A stretch of DNA of 45,695 bases from a virus (Duplodnaviria > Caudoviricetes), in the IMG/VR virus record IMGVR_UViG_3300037515_000119, positions 1 through 45,695 of that record, one strand, 5' to 3'. Positions within the stretch are counted from its first letter, which is position 1. Each line of letters starts with the position of its first letter. Shown piece after piece: positions 45,666-45,695 of the stretch. Position numbers and translations under genes: made by a program. The notes below the pieces were generated by a model. It was given only the letters and a program-made list of their open reading frames with translations. It did not search any database and was not told the DNA's origin.

Positions 45666-45694
45666 AGTATCGGTCATGCGTCACGAAAAGTCAA
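45666..45694 (-). promoter_or_regulatory. Leftward promoter
   Basis: TTGACT-17bp-GATACT on minus strand. Confidence 0.6.
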
Positions 45695-45695
45695 G

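Larger units (their letters stand above)
1..45695. mobile_element. Temperate siphovirus (actinobacteriophage-like), near-complete genome or prophage
   Basis: Integrase, repressor, replication, terminase, portal, HK97 protease/capsid, tape measure and lysis genes in phage synteny; no host housekeeping genes seen. Confidence 0.97.

Noticed and set aside
45625-45695. Hammerhead ribozyme-like GATGAG...GAAA and a dif-like site
   Set aside because: Lacks the CUGAUGA core and stems; does not match dif arms; better explained as a minus-strand promoter plus hairpins
1-45695. tRNA genes and terminal repeats
   Set aside because: No cloverleaf with D/T-loop consensus noticed; window ends do not overlap and the integrase 3' end is missing

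Overview
A near-complete genome of a temperate, high-GC, HK97-type siphovirus of an actinobacterial host (it encodes WhiB; no LysB is recognisable). The contig starts inside the integrase. Order: a leftward integrase (truncated, missing from the ORF track) and XRE repressor; a divergent promoter pair and Cro; an early/replication region (SprT-like protein, Holliday junction resolvase, amino-methyltransferase, WhiB, PD-(D/E)XK exonuclease, SSB-like protein, primase-polymerase/helicase, iteron-like origin); then SLOG, HNH, terminase, portal, protease and capsid. The tail-tube gene is displaced to directly behind the capsid and is followed by an HNH moron. Next is a ~5 kb cluster of three glycosyltransferase domains, two sulfotransferase-like domains, an NDP-sugar dehydratase/epimerase and a nucleotidyltransferase, upstream of a Ser/Thr-rich 24-aa-repeat fibre gene. 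Head-tail connectors, a frameshifting tail chaperone, tape measure, tail proteins, lysis genes and a metallophosphoesterase follow. The best candidate for a novel system is this possible virion sulfo-glycosylation locus. Also notable are a promoter- and terminator-bounded ~85-nt structured RNA candidate at the right end, a probable integration-dependent immunity switch, and an HNH-like gene with an in-frame TGA. All calls come from reading motifs by eye; no searches were run.
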